A stretch of 64,000 nt of DNA from Squalus acanthias (taxonomy: Eukaryota): the NCBI GenBank assembly GCA_030390025.1, contig CM059432.1, forward strand, positions 144,648,001 to 144,712,000, given 5' to 3'. The position numbers were made by a program, and so were the translations under genes. The notes under the pieces were generated by a model. The model did not search any database, was not told the origin of the DNA, and saw only the letters and a program-made list of their open reading frames with translations. Positions 10,466-24,194 of the stretch are shown in pieces (position 1 is the first letter of the stretch; every line of letters starts with the position of its first letter).

Positions 10466-13189
10466 CCACTGCTGCTAACTGCTTTTGTGTACTGCAATAA
10501 ATGAGAATGTTGGTTATATCTGCAGCTTAGGTTATAACAAGCCCACATCCCACTGCACTCGCAGTCTAACTACCGGTCTTTACAGGTCATAGAACTATGT
10601 TCAGAGCTGTTTTTGAGCTGTAAGCTTTTTTGGTGGCCGTGTCTAGTTTTCTCCGTTGACAGGCAATGTAACTTAGCACGCGGAGGCTCACAGGAACTGG
10701 ATTGGGCTGGAGCATTCCACAGGGTAGTATGGTGGGGTGTAATAGCTGTACTTTTTTTTTGCAAAGTGTTTTAAAAAATAGTAATTTTAGTAATGAAGAC
10801 TAAAACGGGAAAGGAAGTGAAAGCAGAAATAAAAAATTTTAAAAATCACAAATGTTGAAAATCAGCAGTAGAATAGAAAACGATGCAAATTCACAGCAGG
10901 TCTGTCAGGATCACATTTCTGGTGGAATCCTTTGTTAAAACAGGAAGTGAAAGTAGATCTGTGTGCGCTGTGATTCTTAAGCTTGCCATAGAATATTTTC
11001 TTATTCCATGCGGCTGAAGGTCACACAAATGGTAAAAGCTGAGTCCCGCCTGACTCTGGTAGTTCTGAAATACAACTTGTGTAGACCACCAGAAAAGGGA
11101 CAGTGTCTAGAAAGTCTTTCATAACATGCTGAAAAGAATACCCACCCTCCCCCCTCAGACTGGAATACAGCCAGAGCAAGCAGCTTTTCCAGATGTTAGC
11201 TAATAAACAGTGTTAAAGAAGAGACAGTTTTGTCCATTACTTTTTTGGCAAGCACAGTATGCAGTGCGTGTCTGTGCAGTGTGACCTATGCAATTCCTGT
11301 GCAGTTGAATCGGAGTTGTACAACACTCTAAGGAGCTTATCAATCATAATAAATCAGCTCAAAAGAAGGTGAACTTCAGTTAGCAGATTTGGATGGAAAT
11401 AAAAATTAACAGTCAAAAATTGAGAAAAATATTTAAATATTTTTCCTGAATGAAATAAAGGAAATTAGGTTTTGCGTTGTTTATTTTTCTTCTTCGTTGC
11501 CTTTCTGAGATGTACTTAGCATTGAATCAAATTAACTTTTGAGTGGCATGTTCGGGAACTATAAAGGGATAAAATACAGAGAGTTGCATTAAGTGCTGGC
11601 AGCTTAATTTTCCAATTTTATGATAGAGTTTAAAGACTTGCACTAAATAAATATTAAGAGTAATATAAATAAATGACCATAGAAATGCAAAGCAAAATAC
11701 TTAAGTGAATAAATTTTATTATTCTAATCTATCTTGAATTGTTAGCCACTTCTCTTGCTGTCAGCTGACCTGATTATGCTCTGCTTTAATGGGGGATAAT
11801 TGTAAAACATCTTCTTAGTCCTTGTAAAATCTCTGTAGTTATAATAGAAGACACGAACTCTGGCGGTGAGCATAAAACAGAGCAGCTGAAAATAGTTAAA
11901 CAGTACTACATTGTACACATTAAAAACAAAGTACATTGGGAAAAGAGTCACACAGAATTATAACTGACACCCAAGGGTGATTATTAGGCTGTAATCTGTC
12001 ACTTCCAGATGATGTTATAAAAATCAGTTTATAACTGTAGTCTGAACAATGTAATGAGGTTTATATGTGGAACTCACTGCCATGTATTAGCTATTTTTCA
12101 CCATACCAGGCGTTTATACTGGCCCTTCTCAGTTAGGATTTTGGGGGAACTGGACTCCGTTAAGCCAGCTCTCCATGTTTACATTACTACACCCGACTCC
12201 TGTATCTCAGCATCACAGAACGGTAGACCTGCGTAAAGCTGTGTCTAATTCCTGTGGCCGAGAGCCAGCTCACAGGATCTGAACTGAAGGAGTATCAGTC
12301 TAAAAGCAGCCGCTGCAGAGTTGGGGACAGCTTTCTTTTGTGGGTAGACAACATCATCAGGCTGCCGCTCCATGTGGCCGAGGTGTGAGGAAAGCTCACA
12401 GGAGGATTATTAATTGTGATGCAATCACTGAGGGAGTGAGTGGTAATTACCAGAAAATAACTATTACAAAGCAATGACGTACACTTGTAATTGGGGTGAC
12501 TGTGTAGGCTGCTCCGTATTCACTCTTGTGGTTTATCACAACCCCTGGAATAGCCCACCACATTCTGTTGACACTTACTCTCTATGTTGAAAGGTTGTAG
12601 TGTAGCCAAAACCCCAGTTAAATAAACCATTTCAGTGGAAACACATGTGCCCTGATATTGGGCTACTCTCCTGCCTCCACTACACCTAAGACAGGTGCAA
12701 AAGTCTTCCTCAGAACCCTAACATTCGAGACATGAACCCGTCTTTTGTCTTCACAGATGCTGATGGTTCTGTTGTGTATCTCCACCATATTGCGTTATTA
12801 CTCTAGATTGCTAGCACTGACGGTTTGCTTTTTCTTACAGAAGCTGTATTGTGTTCTTTGCCCCTCCTGAGGGTAGTTGTTGTTTTGTTAAACGTTTGGT
12901 GTATTTAGTTTTATTGGGTTAGTGAATCAGACTCTTGGTGCACTTGGTCCCTCCCATCCCACTGGCTCAGACTGAGTAACAGCATTTCATCATCAACAAA
13001 CACAGACACTGGGGGAAACCACACTGGCCACATAATGAGGCCAACATTATATGCAACTGGGGGCCCAGCACAGACTTCAAAACACTTTCACAAAGTAAAC
13101 ATACTGGCATACAGTCCCGGAGAACAAGCCAGCAATATAGCATTTAAATGAAACTGGTTTCCGTTATTCCAAATACTGATATTAAAGCC

Positions 13190-14240
13190 CAGAGTTCCTG
13201 ATATGGGTGCACTTTACACCTGAATGGTTAGAAATTGATGTTACGCCACCCTAAAGTAAAGTGTGCTGTTTGCATCCAATTTTCAATGCTCAGCTCACAG
13301 TTCTGATTATGCACAGCTTCAGGTGCAGATTTGGATGCGTGCAAGGAGCACACGAATCATGGGCACGGGAAATTGGGTGGTGAAATTTATTGGGGCACAT
13401 GCAATTAAAGGGAAATGTTAGATTGGGCAAACAAAAATCCTTATAGGCTTAGGACAGAAGGCATTTCAGCCAATAGGCAGCCTGTGTCAAGGCTGAAGGG
13501 GAAGCGGTCAAAGTAGTAACGAGCAGAAAGAAGGGGGTAAAAGAGACCAAATGGTGCAGGCATCAGTCTGCAGGCAAGCGAAGGTGCAGCCCAGCAGCAC
13601 TCGATTTCTGCTGAAGGGGAGGTGGTGCTGCATGAAGGAGGTGGTGTAGCCCTGTTCACCTCTCCACTGTATCATTCTGGGAAGGTGGTAGAGGCAGCCA
13701 GCGCCAATCAGGATGCAACTGAGTGGTACCGCCGTTAGCTGTGCCAGCTCTCTCCTGCATGCTAACTGCGCCTATGCCAGCACCAGGCAGTATAGCTCCC
13801 CATCTGGCTCGCTGATGACCCGCAGCCACTAAAGGCATCTCCCCATCCACAGCTGGGTAGGTGCGACAATGCTTGCATGTACGTTGCTAACATTTTGGCA
13901 GGTATGGCCAATCAGGCTATCCTGGCTACTGATACCACTGACATATGGTGATTGGGATACAACATTGTCAGGCATTTACGTATCTTATTTGTTCCATTCG
14001 GTTTGCCGTCCCAGCTTTCTTTGGGAATAGGAGCCGCCACATGCATTAATCCTCTGCCAGAGCAAGGTGTGAGCACCTCTGTAGATAGGCACAGAGCAGC
14101 CTGCCCTGCCTTGCCTGGCATCTCTCCATTGCTCCTCTTCTTCTCCCTCCAAAAAGATCTGATAGGGGAAATTCACATAAATACAGTAGGAAAACACCCA
14201 AAAACGGTCAAAAATGGCTCAATTATAATTACCATGCCAT
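13190..14240 (-). mobile_element. Possible very old Harbinger-type relic (Myb/SANT-like remnant)
   Basis: Minus strand ~13860-14040 gives AAP...ES...MLYP...ARIA*LAIPAKM, loosely like the MSANTD pattern. No TSD identified. Confidence 0.25.
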
Positions 14241-14242
14241 TA

Positions 14243-15245
14243 CCATAGATTGATTCCTGGGATGAGAGGGTTTGTCCTATGAGGAGAGATTGAGTAAACT
14301 CTCTGGAGTTCAGAAGAATGAGAGGTGATCTCATTGAAACGTATAAAATTCTTAAAGGGCTTGACAGGGTAGATGCTGAGAGGCTGTTTCCCCTGGCTGG
14401 AGAGTCTAGAACTAGGGGTCACAGTCTCAGAATAAGAGGTTGGCAATTTAGGACTGAGATGAGGAGAAATTTCTTCACTCAGAGGGTTGTGAATCTTTGG
14501 AATTCTTTACCCCAAAGGGCTGTGGATACTCAGTCGCTGAGTATATTCAAGATTGAGATCGATAGATTTTTGGGCACAAAAGGAATCAAGGGATATGGGG
14601 CTAGGGCGGAACATAGGCTGCTCTGCGGCCTAACTCCATATATCCACCTTTGCCCCATATCCCTTAATACCTTTGGTTAACAAAACTCTATCAATCTCAG
14701 ATTTAAAATTAACAATCGATCTAGCATCAATTGGCATTTGCAGAAGAGAGTTCCAAACTTCTACCACCCTTTGTGTGTAGAAGTGTTTCCTAATTTCACT
14801 CCTGAAAGGTCTGACTCTAATTTTTAGACTACACTCCCTTGTCCTAGATGCCACAACCAGCAGAAATTGTTTCTCCCTATCTATTCCCCTTAATATCTTG
14901 AAAACTTAGATCAAATCACCCCTTAACCTTCTAAATTCTAGGGAATACAACCCTAATTTGTGTAATCTCTCCTCATAATTTAACCCTTGGAGTCCGGGTA
15001 TCATTCTGGTAAGCCAACTCTGCACTCCCTCCAAGGCTAATACATCCTTCCTAAGGTGTGGTGCCCAGAACAGCTCACAGTACTCCAGGTGTTGTCTAAC
15101 CAGGGCTTCGTATAGCTGTAGCATAACTTCTACCCCCGGCGGGAAAGTGGAATTGATATAGAAGATCAGCCATGATCTTATTGAATGGTGGGGCAGGCTC
15201 GAAGGCGTAGGCCATACGGCCCTATTTCTTGTGTTCTTATGTTCT
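14243..15245 (+). mobile_element. CR1 3' fragment (14243-14610 and 15137-15245) interrupted by an opposite-strand CR1
   Basis: RMRGDLIETYKILKGLDRVDAERLFPLAGESRTRGHSLRI...FFTQRVVNLWNSLP; the 3' UTR resumes at ~15138. Confidence 0.92.
14611..15136 (-). mobile_element. Nested CR1 3' fragment
   Basis: LQLYEALVRQHLEYC...LGLYSLEFRRLRGDLI and FYTQRVVEVWNSL on the minus strand; GGCGG repeated at both junctions. Confidence 0.9.
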
Positions 15246-15541
15246 CACTGTGTCCTTTCAATGAACCTCCATATACTTACCATTAACCAGCAAACCTGAA
15301 GGCAGTTAACAAACCTAAGGGTAGTTATGAATGGATGCCCTGCATGCACAATGGCAGGAAAGGGAACAAAAGACATCCCCAGCCACATTTTAATATTGAA
15401 ATGAAGCTGCCACCCATCTGGGGTGGAGGGCTGCCTGCTCCTGGTGCAGTGTGTGGGAATAGGTGCAGGTTAAGTGGGTGAACAGACAGTTTTACTTTTC
15501 AGAACAGCTCCGCCCAGTTGATGCCTGTAAATCGGACAAAT

Positions 15542-15930
15542 CGGTAGTGTAGTGGTTATGTTACTGGACTAGTAATCCAGAAGCTTGTATTAATAATTAA
15601 TTAATTAAATTAATAATTAAGAGAACATGAGTTCAAATCCCACCATGGCAGTTTGAGAATTTGAATTCAGTTTAAAATAACAATCTGTAAATATAAAGCT
15701 GGTATCATTAAAAGTGACCGTGACGCTGTCAGATTGTCATAAAAACCCAACTGGTTCACATCCCTTAAAGGAGGAAACCTGCTGTCCTTACCCGGTCTGG
15801 CCCATGCGCGACTCCAGTCCCACATCAAAGTTGTTGAGCTGCCCTGTGAAATGACCCAGTAAACCACTCCGTTGTACTGGGCATGGGCAATAAATGCCAG
15901 CCTCGTCAGCAATGTATATCCCGAGAATGC
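15542..15930 (+). mobile_element. tRNA-derived SINE whose tail matches the CR1-group LINE at 21362 and 47657
   Basis: A-box-like TAGTGTAGTGG, B-box GAGTTCAAATCC, tail ATGGGCAATAAATGCCAGCCTCGTCAGC...ATCCCGAGAATG; AT-rich microsatellite expansion at ~15590-15620. Confidence 0.82.
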
Positions 15931-17167
15931 AGGCTTAGATGTCAAATTTAATCTAATCAATGAACTTGTTTTGAAGCTGATTTTGTATTGCGCAAGACCC
16001 ATGCTGATTCCGCCGGCTCCCCCAACTGGAGCAATCTCAAAGCAAAATTGCCGGATTCGCCAGGGCAGTGACTGGGATCTCCCAGGTTGTGGGCTTTACT
16101 AACCTGGCATGTTTACTGTGGGATTGCCACCAGCTGACCCGATATAAAAGCATCTTAAGAGTAGCTCATTCATGAATCCAGTCTTAATTTTAATTAACGT
16201 CATTCTGGTGTAGCTGCTTGAAACTAAGGAAAACTTGATTTACCCAAATTTTGTGTCAACAGTTTTACTCTTCACCCAAAATGTATTTTTTTCTTTGAAA
16301 AGAGAATTGTCCAGTAATAATTGCATTAATGTACCCAAAATAAAATATATTGGAACAGACTTTTAGCAGTATGTGATCGTCACACATTTAGGATTTTTTT
16401 GACCATTTTTACAAAAAGATTGAAAAATGAGTTTCTATTAATGCTACTTTTTAAAAAAAGAGTATATTCAAGTTATTTTAAAAAAAGGCAACTATATAAA
16501 AGGAAGCAATATGCTAAATGTTTTTATCCCCATGGACTAAACAATAAACAATTCTCAAAAAATACCTCGCACCCATTGTATTGGAAAGTCCACTGATCCC
16601 TATCTGTCTGTGAAGAGGGAGATAAAGAGAGAGACAGAGACGGAGAGAGAAGCTTTTTAAAACAGGATGGCTGTGAGGGCAGTCAGGTTTGTTCAAGGGA
16701 AAGCAATGAGAGCTTTCTTCGAGGTGAAGTGGTGTAGGATACATGGAAACTATTTTAAGTCAAGTAAGAGCATTTACTGATGTGGGCTAGTGTGGCGCAT
16801 TCTTTTGCATTGTTGCATGAAGATAAGTTGTACGGTTTGAATTTAATGAGTCTAATGACAGGTGTTCCGTATCTTCACCTTTCTATGAAATAAAGCCGCT
16901 AAGTGATTTGCATCAGGCTTCGTCTCACCAAGTGTTTCTTGATCGGCCTTCGGAGAGATTGAAGCACACTTGCAAATGCCACAAATACCCAGTTCAGGTC
17001 ACAAGGGGATGCTATCTTTATGTCCCTGGATCCCGCTATCATACAAGTAGATGTCAGGCAGTGTGTCAACTCCCATAAAAGTAAAGATGGTCAGACTGCT
17101 TCTGGGAGTCGCTTACGCGACTGAACCCAAGAAGGGATCTACAGCAGAGCCAGAGCACTGTACTATT

Positions 17168-17733
17168 CTTCTTCTTCTTAGGCAGTCCCTCGGAGCCGAG
17201 GATGACTTGCTTCCACATTAAAAATGAGTTCTCAGGTGACTGATGAGTCCAATGCGGGACCTACAGTCTCCGTCACAGGTGGGGCAGACGGTGGTTGAAG
17301 GGGCAGGTGGGTGGGGTGCTTGGGTTGACGTGCGCTCCTTGCGCTTGGCTTCCGCTTGCTCCCGGCGAAGAGACTCGAGGTGTTCGGCGCCTTCCCGGAT
17401 GCTTCTCCTCCACTTTGTGCGGTCTTGGGCCAGGGATTCCCAGGTGTCGGTGGGGATGTTACACTTTTTCAAAGAGGCTTTGAGGGTGTCCTTGAAGCGT
17501 TTCCTCTGCCCACCTGGGGCTCTCTTGCCGTGCCGGAGCTCTGAGTAGAGCGCTTGTTTTGGGAGTCTCGTATCGGGCATGCGGACAATGTGACCCGTCC
17601 ATCGGAGCTGATCGAGCGTGGTCAAAGCTTCGATGCTGGGGATGTTGGCCTGAGCAAGAACACTGACGTTGGTGCGCCCATCCTGCCAATGGATTTGCAG
17701 GATTTTGCAGAGGCAGCGTTGGTGGTACCTCTC
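17168..17733 (-). mobile_element. RTE-clade LINE 3' fragment
   Basis: QLRWTGHIVRMPDTRLPKQALYSEL...GGQRKRFKDTLK...CPTCDGDCRSRIGLISHLRTH (C-terminal C2H2); (GAA)n tail; 10-bp TSD CTGTACTATT (17158-17167, 17734-17743). Confidence 0.93.
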
Positions 17734-19050
17734 CTGTACTATTAAACTGCATGTGATTCCCGAGGATCAATGTGAAAAGGAACAGTTTCCATTTCACACT
17801 AATTATCAGTGAGCAAATGTACTTCCATAAATGATATTTCCACCTGGTGATATCACAATGCATAATATGTGGACAATATGTGAGAAGGACCTTAAAATAA
17901 CCACAAGACACTAGGTATGAATGAAAGAAATGCCAGCAGTACTTTTCTGTCTATGAGATATATAATTACCCTTTGAGTAGAGTAAGCAATGAGCTTTTGG
18001 CTTCAGGGATTGTAAATGCACTCATGGTGTTAGCAACCTTTAAAATTTTCAACAAGCGGATTAGCAACCTATAAGAGAAGAGGTGTAAAACACTGAAACT
18101 TATCTAGTACACAAATGTTTTTGGATGTAGTGGAAAAAAATGTGTTTTTTTAAACTTGTATTCAGCAGTTAAATTGCAACTGTTAAGTACAATTCTAATT
18201 TATTGAAAATTACAAGACTGCACTTCACAGACTAACACAAATCCCTTCAATCCCACTAGCAGCAAGGAGTTTTGACTGAGCCACAATATAGACTATATGC
18301 TCCTTCTGATAATGTTTTATTAAGATTCAGGCATTAATCATATGGAATCACATTTCCCAGCATAAATAAATAACATTGCGTTGGGTAGTCGTTTAGTGGT
18401 GGGAAAGCCGAGCTTGAACAGCTTCCAGAAAATGATAAAGAGCTATTATGTTCAAAGTGAGAACTGCTACTAAACAATAAGGGGAGACACTGCACCTCAT
18501 GTGACATCATGGAATTACAAAACCAGGTAAAAGCTATAAAAACATTGTGCTGAGAATATTTCTGATAAATCTCGGAAAGTGACAAAATGTTGGCAGGAGT
18601 GAAGGCCAACAACCCATCTATAATTTGGAAATTAAGAGTTCCAAGATAAACACCATAATTCTGGCAGGAAAGTGGGACCAGAATAGCTGTGTTGGGGCTC
18701 TGACAGGTAACATCTGGTACATTTTGAGGAGGCAAAAACGTACATTCATTTTATTGAGTTAGCTTATCCCAGACGGATACAGATAGGCTGTTCCACCTCT
18801 CCCGTTTGGAATATCTGTTGGATCCGGGAAGGAAATTTATTTCACGTGGCGCTGTGAGCCGTGGTGGTGTTGTTATGCCGTGCAAGAGGGTATACCTTGT
18901 GCAAGAAACATGCTCTGTTTTGAAGCAGTTGTGCTTTCACCAAGAACTTCCACATTTGATAGTTTGGCAGTGAATTGGTGTCGTGGATTACCTTTAATAG
19001 TGCTTTGCCTGTGTTCTACCCCTCCTACCCACACTCCATGGATGCATATA

Positions 19051-19512
19051 AAAAGAAAAGAAAGACTTGCATTTATATAGTGCCATTCATGACCACAGGA
19101 CGCCCCAAAGCGCTTTACAGTAATGAAGTATTTTTTGGAGTGGAGTCACTGTTGTAATGTAGGAAACGCTGCAGCCAATTTGCGCACAGCAAGCTCCCAC
19201 AAATAGCAACGTGATAATGACCAGATAATCTGCTTTAGTGATGTTAATTGAGGGATAAATATTGGCCAGGACACCGGGGATAACTCCCCTGCTCTTCTTC
19301 GAAATAGTGCCATGGGATCTTTTACGTCCACCTGAGGGCGCAGACGTTTAACGTCTCATCCAAAAGATGGCACCTCTGACAGTGCAGCGCTCCCTCAGTA
19401 CTGCACTGGAGTGTCAGTCTAGATTTTGGTGCTCAAGTCTCTGGAGTGGGACTTGAACCCACAATCTTCTGACTCAGAGGCAAGGGTGCTACCCACTGAG
19501 CCATGGCTGACA
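19051..19512 (-). mobile_element. Full-length SacSINE1/DeuSINE-like SINE
   Basis: tRNA-like head (TGGCTCAGTGGG...GGTTCAAGTCC), Deu-domain-like core GGGAGCTTGCTGTGCGCAAATTGGCTGC, tail TATAAATGCAAGTCTTTC. Confidence 0.9.
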
Positions 19513-19829
19513 TCTCTATATGTTCATTCTCCTAGTCATTGGTAGGATGTTCTATGACTATGGCGAAGAGATTTGGGAAGAGAGGCAGTTCTGGTGGCTC
19601 ACATTTTGGAGGAAGAGCTATTGCACCTTACACAAGGAGTATGAGTGTCAGACCGAGCTTTTGAGCCATCTCCAAAAAAATGTCGCCATAGACCACTCCC
19701 GAGTATAAAAGTCCTACACCCGCCGACTCTAATGCCTCTTTTGGATTTAGGGAGAATACCATGGCAGCAGTGTTTGAGTGGTAGCAGTGGCATATAACAT
19801 TGAATTGTTAGAGATAACTATAGAAAAGG

Positions 19830-20475
19830 AATTGCAGAATTCCAGATAGCTACACCCCAGGATTGTGATGGAAGTCAGCGAGGAGATAGCAGAGGCTTGG
19901 CCACAATCTTCCAATCCTCCTTAATGTGCCATGGGACTGGAGAATAGCCAATGCAACACCCTGGTTCAAGAAGGAACAGATGCATAAACCAAGTAACTAG
20001 ATCAGTTAGTCTAACGTCAGTTGTGGGCAAACTCATGCAACTCATAGTTCGAGATAAAATTATTAAGAATCTTGACTAACACATGCAATAATAAGAGTTT
20101 TTTTTTGAAGAAGTGAACAATTGCATAAAAGGAATGCAGTAAATGTAGTGTATGTGGATTTTCAGGTGGTGTTTGATAAGGTGTCTCACAGAGGTTTGTT
20201 AGAAAAAGTTCAACCGTATGGTACAAGAGGAAATGTAGCAGCATGGATAGTAAGTGAGGTTGATGGACAGAAAACAAAGTTAGGGTAAATAATGTTGCTC
20301 AGATTGGGAAAGCATTGACAGTAGTCTACCCCAGGGGTTAGTACTGCGTCCACTTTTTCCCCCTCAGTATATATGGATGATTTGCACTTGGGATAAGGAA
20401 CATAATCGCCAAATGTATTCCTGATACAAAAGTAGGAAGTTTGGCAAACAGTGCAAACTATAAAAGACCTCAAGA
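19830..20475 (+). mobile_element. Old degenerate CR1 RT fragment
   Basis: Remnants of WRIANATP, YVDF..FDKV and PQGLVL motifs, with many disruptions. Confidence 0.65.
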
Positions 20476-21361
20476 AACAGACACTTAGAATGATTTTTCA
20501 ATGAAATGCCAGCCCATGTACTGAATTCAACAATAGATGTGTATTTGACTACTTTTTAAAAATTTCTGAATCACTAACTTCAATAATAAACACAAGTGAT
20601 TTGAGTTGTCATTTGGCCTTGCTGGTTTGGTCTCGGTCATCACGCGGGAGCTTATTTTGATAACACTACAGCTTATTAGTCACTTTACCAGTAGCACATT
20701 GCGGGAAGAAATCTGTCTCAGTTTCTCTTCCTGTTGCACAATGTTGTCTCACAGTCACACTTAAATCATGAAGCCTATCCCACTGTCACTGACCACAGCC
20801 CAGGTATCATTTCAACTTTCACAGAAAAAAACCAAATTGCAAACATTCTGATGAATAACAGCTGAGTTCAATCATCTGTTACAGGTCTGAAACACAATCT
20901 CAAGGTTCAGATGACTTTATAAACCATTTATAGAATTTATGAGGTCTAAACCCTTCAATTGTGTTAGAGCCTTAGGTATCCGGTAAGTCAGCTATTATTC
21001 TACATGTAATTCCTTCAACTGGTCACATAACTGATATCATGTATTTCTGAAGCAGTAAATCAGTATTATAATTTATAATTTCCACAAACCAGTATCCCAT
21101 TCCTGTAACCAGGCAAGTACCTGGCTGGGTGCAGCAGTCTTCTCTCAGCAACACAGTCAACGGTAGCAAGTTCAACCTCAGTCAGTTTACATCTTCAGGC
21201 AGTCTGTGATCAAACGTCTTCAATGTATCCTGCATTGTCATCCTGCATTCCCAGAATTGTGGTCCTGGAAAATGTAATTTTGTTCCATGCCCCAGTTACG
21301 TGCTGAATTTATGTTTGATCGCGGCTTCACGTGGTTTGGGCCAGAATGCACAAGTGGCAGC

Positions 21362-23026
21362 TTTTTAAAAATTCTTTCCTGGGATGTGGGCGTCGCTGGC
21401 AAGGCCAGCATTTATTGCCCATCCCCAGTTGCCCTTGAGAAGGTGGTAATGAGGCGCCTTCTTGAACCGCTGCAGTCCGTGTGGTGAAGGTACTCCCAAA
21501 AGTGCTGTTAGGGAGGGAGTTCCAGGATTTTGACCCAGCGACAATGAAGGAACAGTGATATACTTCCAAGTCAAGATGGTGTGTGACTTGGAGGGGAACT
21601 TGTAGGTGGTGGTGTTCCCATGCGTCTGCTGCCCTTGTCCTTCTAGGTGGTAGAGGTCGCGGGTTTGGGAGGAGCTGCCGAAGAAGCCTTGGCGAGTTGC
21701 TGTAGTGCATCTTGTAGATGGTACACATTGCAGCCACGGTACGCCAATGGTGGAGGGAGTGAATGTTTAAGGTGGTGGATGGGGTGCCAATCAAGCGGGC
21801 TGCTTTGTCTTGGATGGTGTCAAGCTTCAAGTGTTGTTGGAGCTGCACTCATCCAGGCAAGTGGAGAGTATTCCATCACACTCCTGACTTGTGCCTTGTA
21901 GATGGTGGAAAGGCTTTGGGGAGTCAGGAGATGAGACACTCGCCACAGAATACCCAGCCTCTGACCTGCTCTTGTTGCCACAGTATTTATGTGGCTGGTC
22001 CAGTTAAGTTTCTGGTCAATGGTGACCCCCCAGGATATTGATAGTGGGGGATTCGGCGATGGTAATGCCGTTGAATGTCAAGGGGCGGTGGTTAGACGCT
22101 CGCTTATTGGAGATAGTCATTGCCTGGCACTTCTGTGGCGCGAATGTTACCTGTCACTTATCAGCCCAAGCCTGAATGTCATCCAGGTCTTGCTACATGC
22201 GGGCATGGACTGCTTCATTTTCAGAGGAGTTGCGAATGGCACTGAACACTGTGCAGTGATCAGCGAACATCCCCATTTCTGACCTTATGATGAAGGGAAA
22301 GTCATTGATGAAGCAGCTGAAGATGGTTGGGCCTAGGACACTGCCCTGAAGAACTCCTGCAGCAATGTCCTGGGGCTGTGATAATTGACCTCCAACCACC
22401 ACAACCATCTTCCTTTGTGCTTGGTATGACTCCAGCCAGTGGAGAGTTTTCCCCCCGATTCCCATTGACTTCAGTTTTACTAGAGCTCCTTGATGCCACA
22501 CTCGGTCAAATGCTGCCTTGATGTCAAGGGCAGTCACTCTCGCCTCACCTCTGGAATTCAGCTCTTTTGTCCATGTTTGGACCAAGGCTGTAATGAGGTC
22601 TGGAGCCGAGTGGTCCTGGCAGAACCCAAACTGGGCATCAGTGAGCAGCTAATTGGTGAGTAAGTGCTGCTTGATAGCACTGTCGACGACACCTTCCATC
22701 ACTTTGCTGATGATTGAGAGTGGACTGATGGGGCGGTAATTGGCCGGATTGGATTTGCCCTGCTTTTTGTGGACAGGCAGTTTTCCACATTGCCGGATAG
22801 ATGCCAGTGTTATAGCTGTATTGGAACAGCTTGGCTAGAGGCACGGCTAGTTCTGGAGCACAAGTCTTCAGCACGACAGCCGGGATGTTGTCGGGGCCCA
22901 CAGCCTTTGCTGTATCCAGTGCGCTCAGCCGTTTCTTGATATTACGTGTAATGAATCGAATTGGCTGAAGATTGGTTTCTGTGGTGGTGGGGACCTCAGG
23001 AGGAGGCCGATATGGATCATCCACTC
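21362..23026 (-). mobile_element. CR1-group LINE, 5'-truncated (RT and 3' end)
   Basis: GPDNIPAVVLKTCAPELA, ALDIKAAFDRVWH, QGSVLGPTIFSCFIND, FAD; same family as 47657-50372. Confidence 0.92.
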
Positions 23027-23726
23027 TGTAGTCTTCACTTTGCCACTTCACCTCGGCATCCCTTTGTACACCACAACAAGACAAGATAGTGCTAAAAGGA
23101 TTGACTCAAAGATAGGCACTCCAAGCTCCCTTGAATTTAGTCGGGTACAGTAGTGTAGTGGGGACATACCATGTAAAAGGTATTTCGGTGAGGCATAATG
23201 TTCACTAAAACTGTTCCTTCCTGGGAACACTTTTTTTTCTCTAAATCCTTTTCTTCTAGTCACAAAACTTCACAGTGTGACTGAAACCATCGATAATGTT
23301 GGCAGGATTGTGCAGTTGGTGGGGGGAGGGGAATTGAATAACAGCATTCCTAAATGACATTTAGCAATGGCAGTAAAAAACAGAACACAAGATATAAAAT
23401 CTGAGCTGGCTGGGAGTGTGCCACACGGGTAACACAATCTCTCTGTTCTAATAACTGAATAAACTGGTTGAGTTTTGCCTCATGGTTTCTGTCATCAGAA
23501 CCCTCCAATTAAAGCACTGTAGCAATGCCACTTACTCTGACGGAAATACAATTTTCCTGTATTTCACAAAAATCACATCTCATTAACAACAACAACATCA
23601 ACTTGTATTTATGTAGCACCTTTAAGGCATTTCACAGGTGTATTATAAGACAGAAATTTGACACCGAGCCACATAAGGAGAAATGAGGGCAGATGACCAA
23701 AAGCTTGGTCAAAGAGGTAGGTTTTA

Positions 23727-24194
23727 AAGAAAGAAAGACTTGCATTTCTATAGCGCCTTTCATGACCACTGGATGTTAAAAAGCACTTTACAGCCAATGA
23801 AGTACTTTTGGTGTGTAGTCGCTGTTGTAATGTGGGAAACGCGGCAGCCAATTTGCGCACAGCAAGCTCCCACAAACAGCAATGTGATAATTCCAGAAAA
23901 TCTGTTTTTGTTATGTTGATTGAGGGATAAATATTGGCCAGAACACCGGGGACAACTCCCCAGCTCTTCTTCGAAATAGTGCCATGGGATCTTTTACATC
24001 TACCTGAGCGAGCAGACGGGGCCTCGATTTAACGTCACATCCGAAAAACGGCACCTTCGAAAGTGCAGCACTCCCTCAGCACTGCACTGGGAGTGTCAGC
24101 CTAGATTTTTGTGCTCAAGTCCCTGGAGTGGGACTTGAACCCACAACCTTCTGACTCAGAGGCGAGTGTGCTACCCACTGAGCCACAGCTGACA
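23727..24194 (-). mobile_element. Full-length SacSINE1/DeuSINE-like SINE nested in the L2 3' UTR
   Basis: Colinear with 19051-19512; interrupts the L2 at GGTAGGTTTTAA. Confidence 0.9.

Noticed and set aside
19440..19512. tRNA genes (also 24125-24194, 50764-50830, 15542-15645, 42928-43000)
   Set aside because: tRNA-derived SINE heads continuous with SINE bodies.
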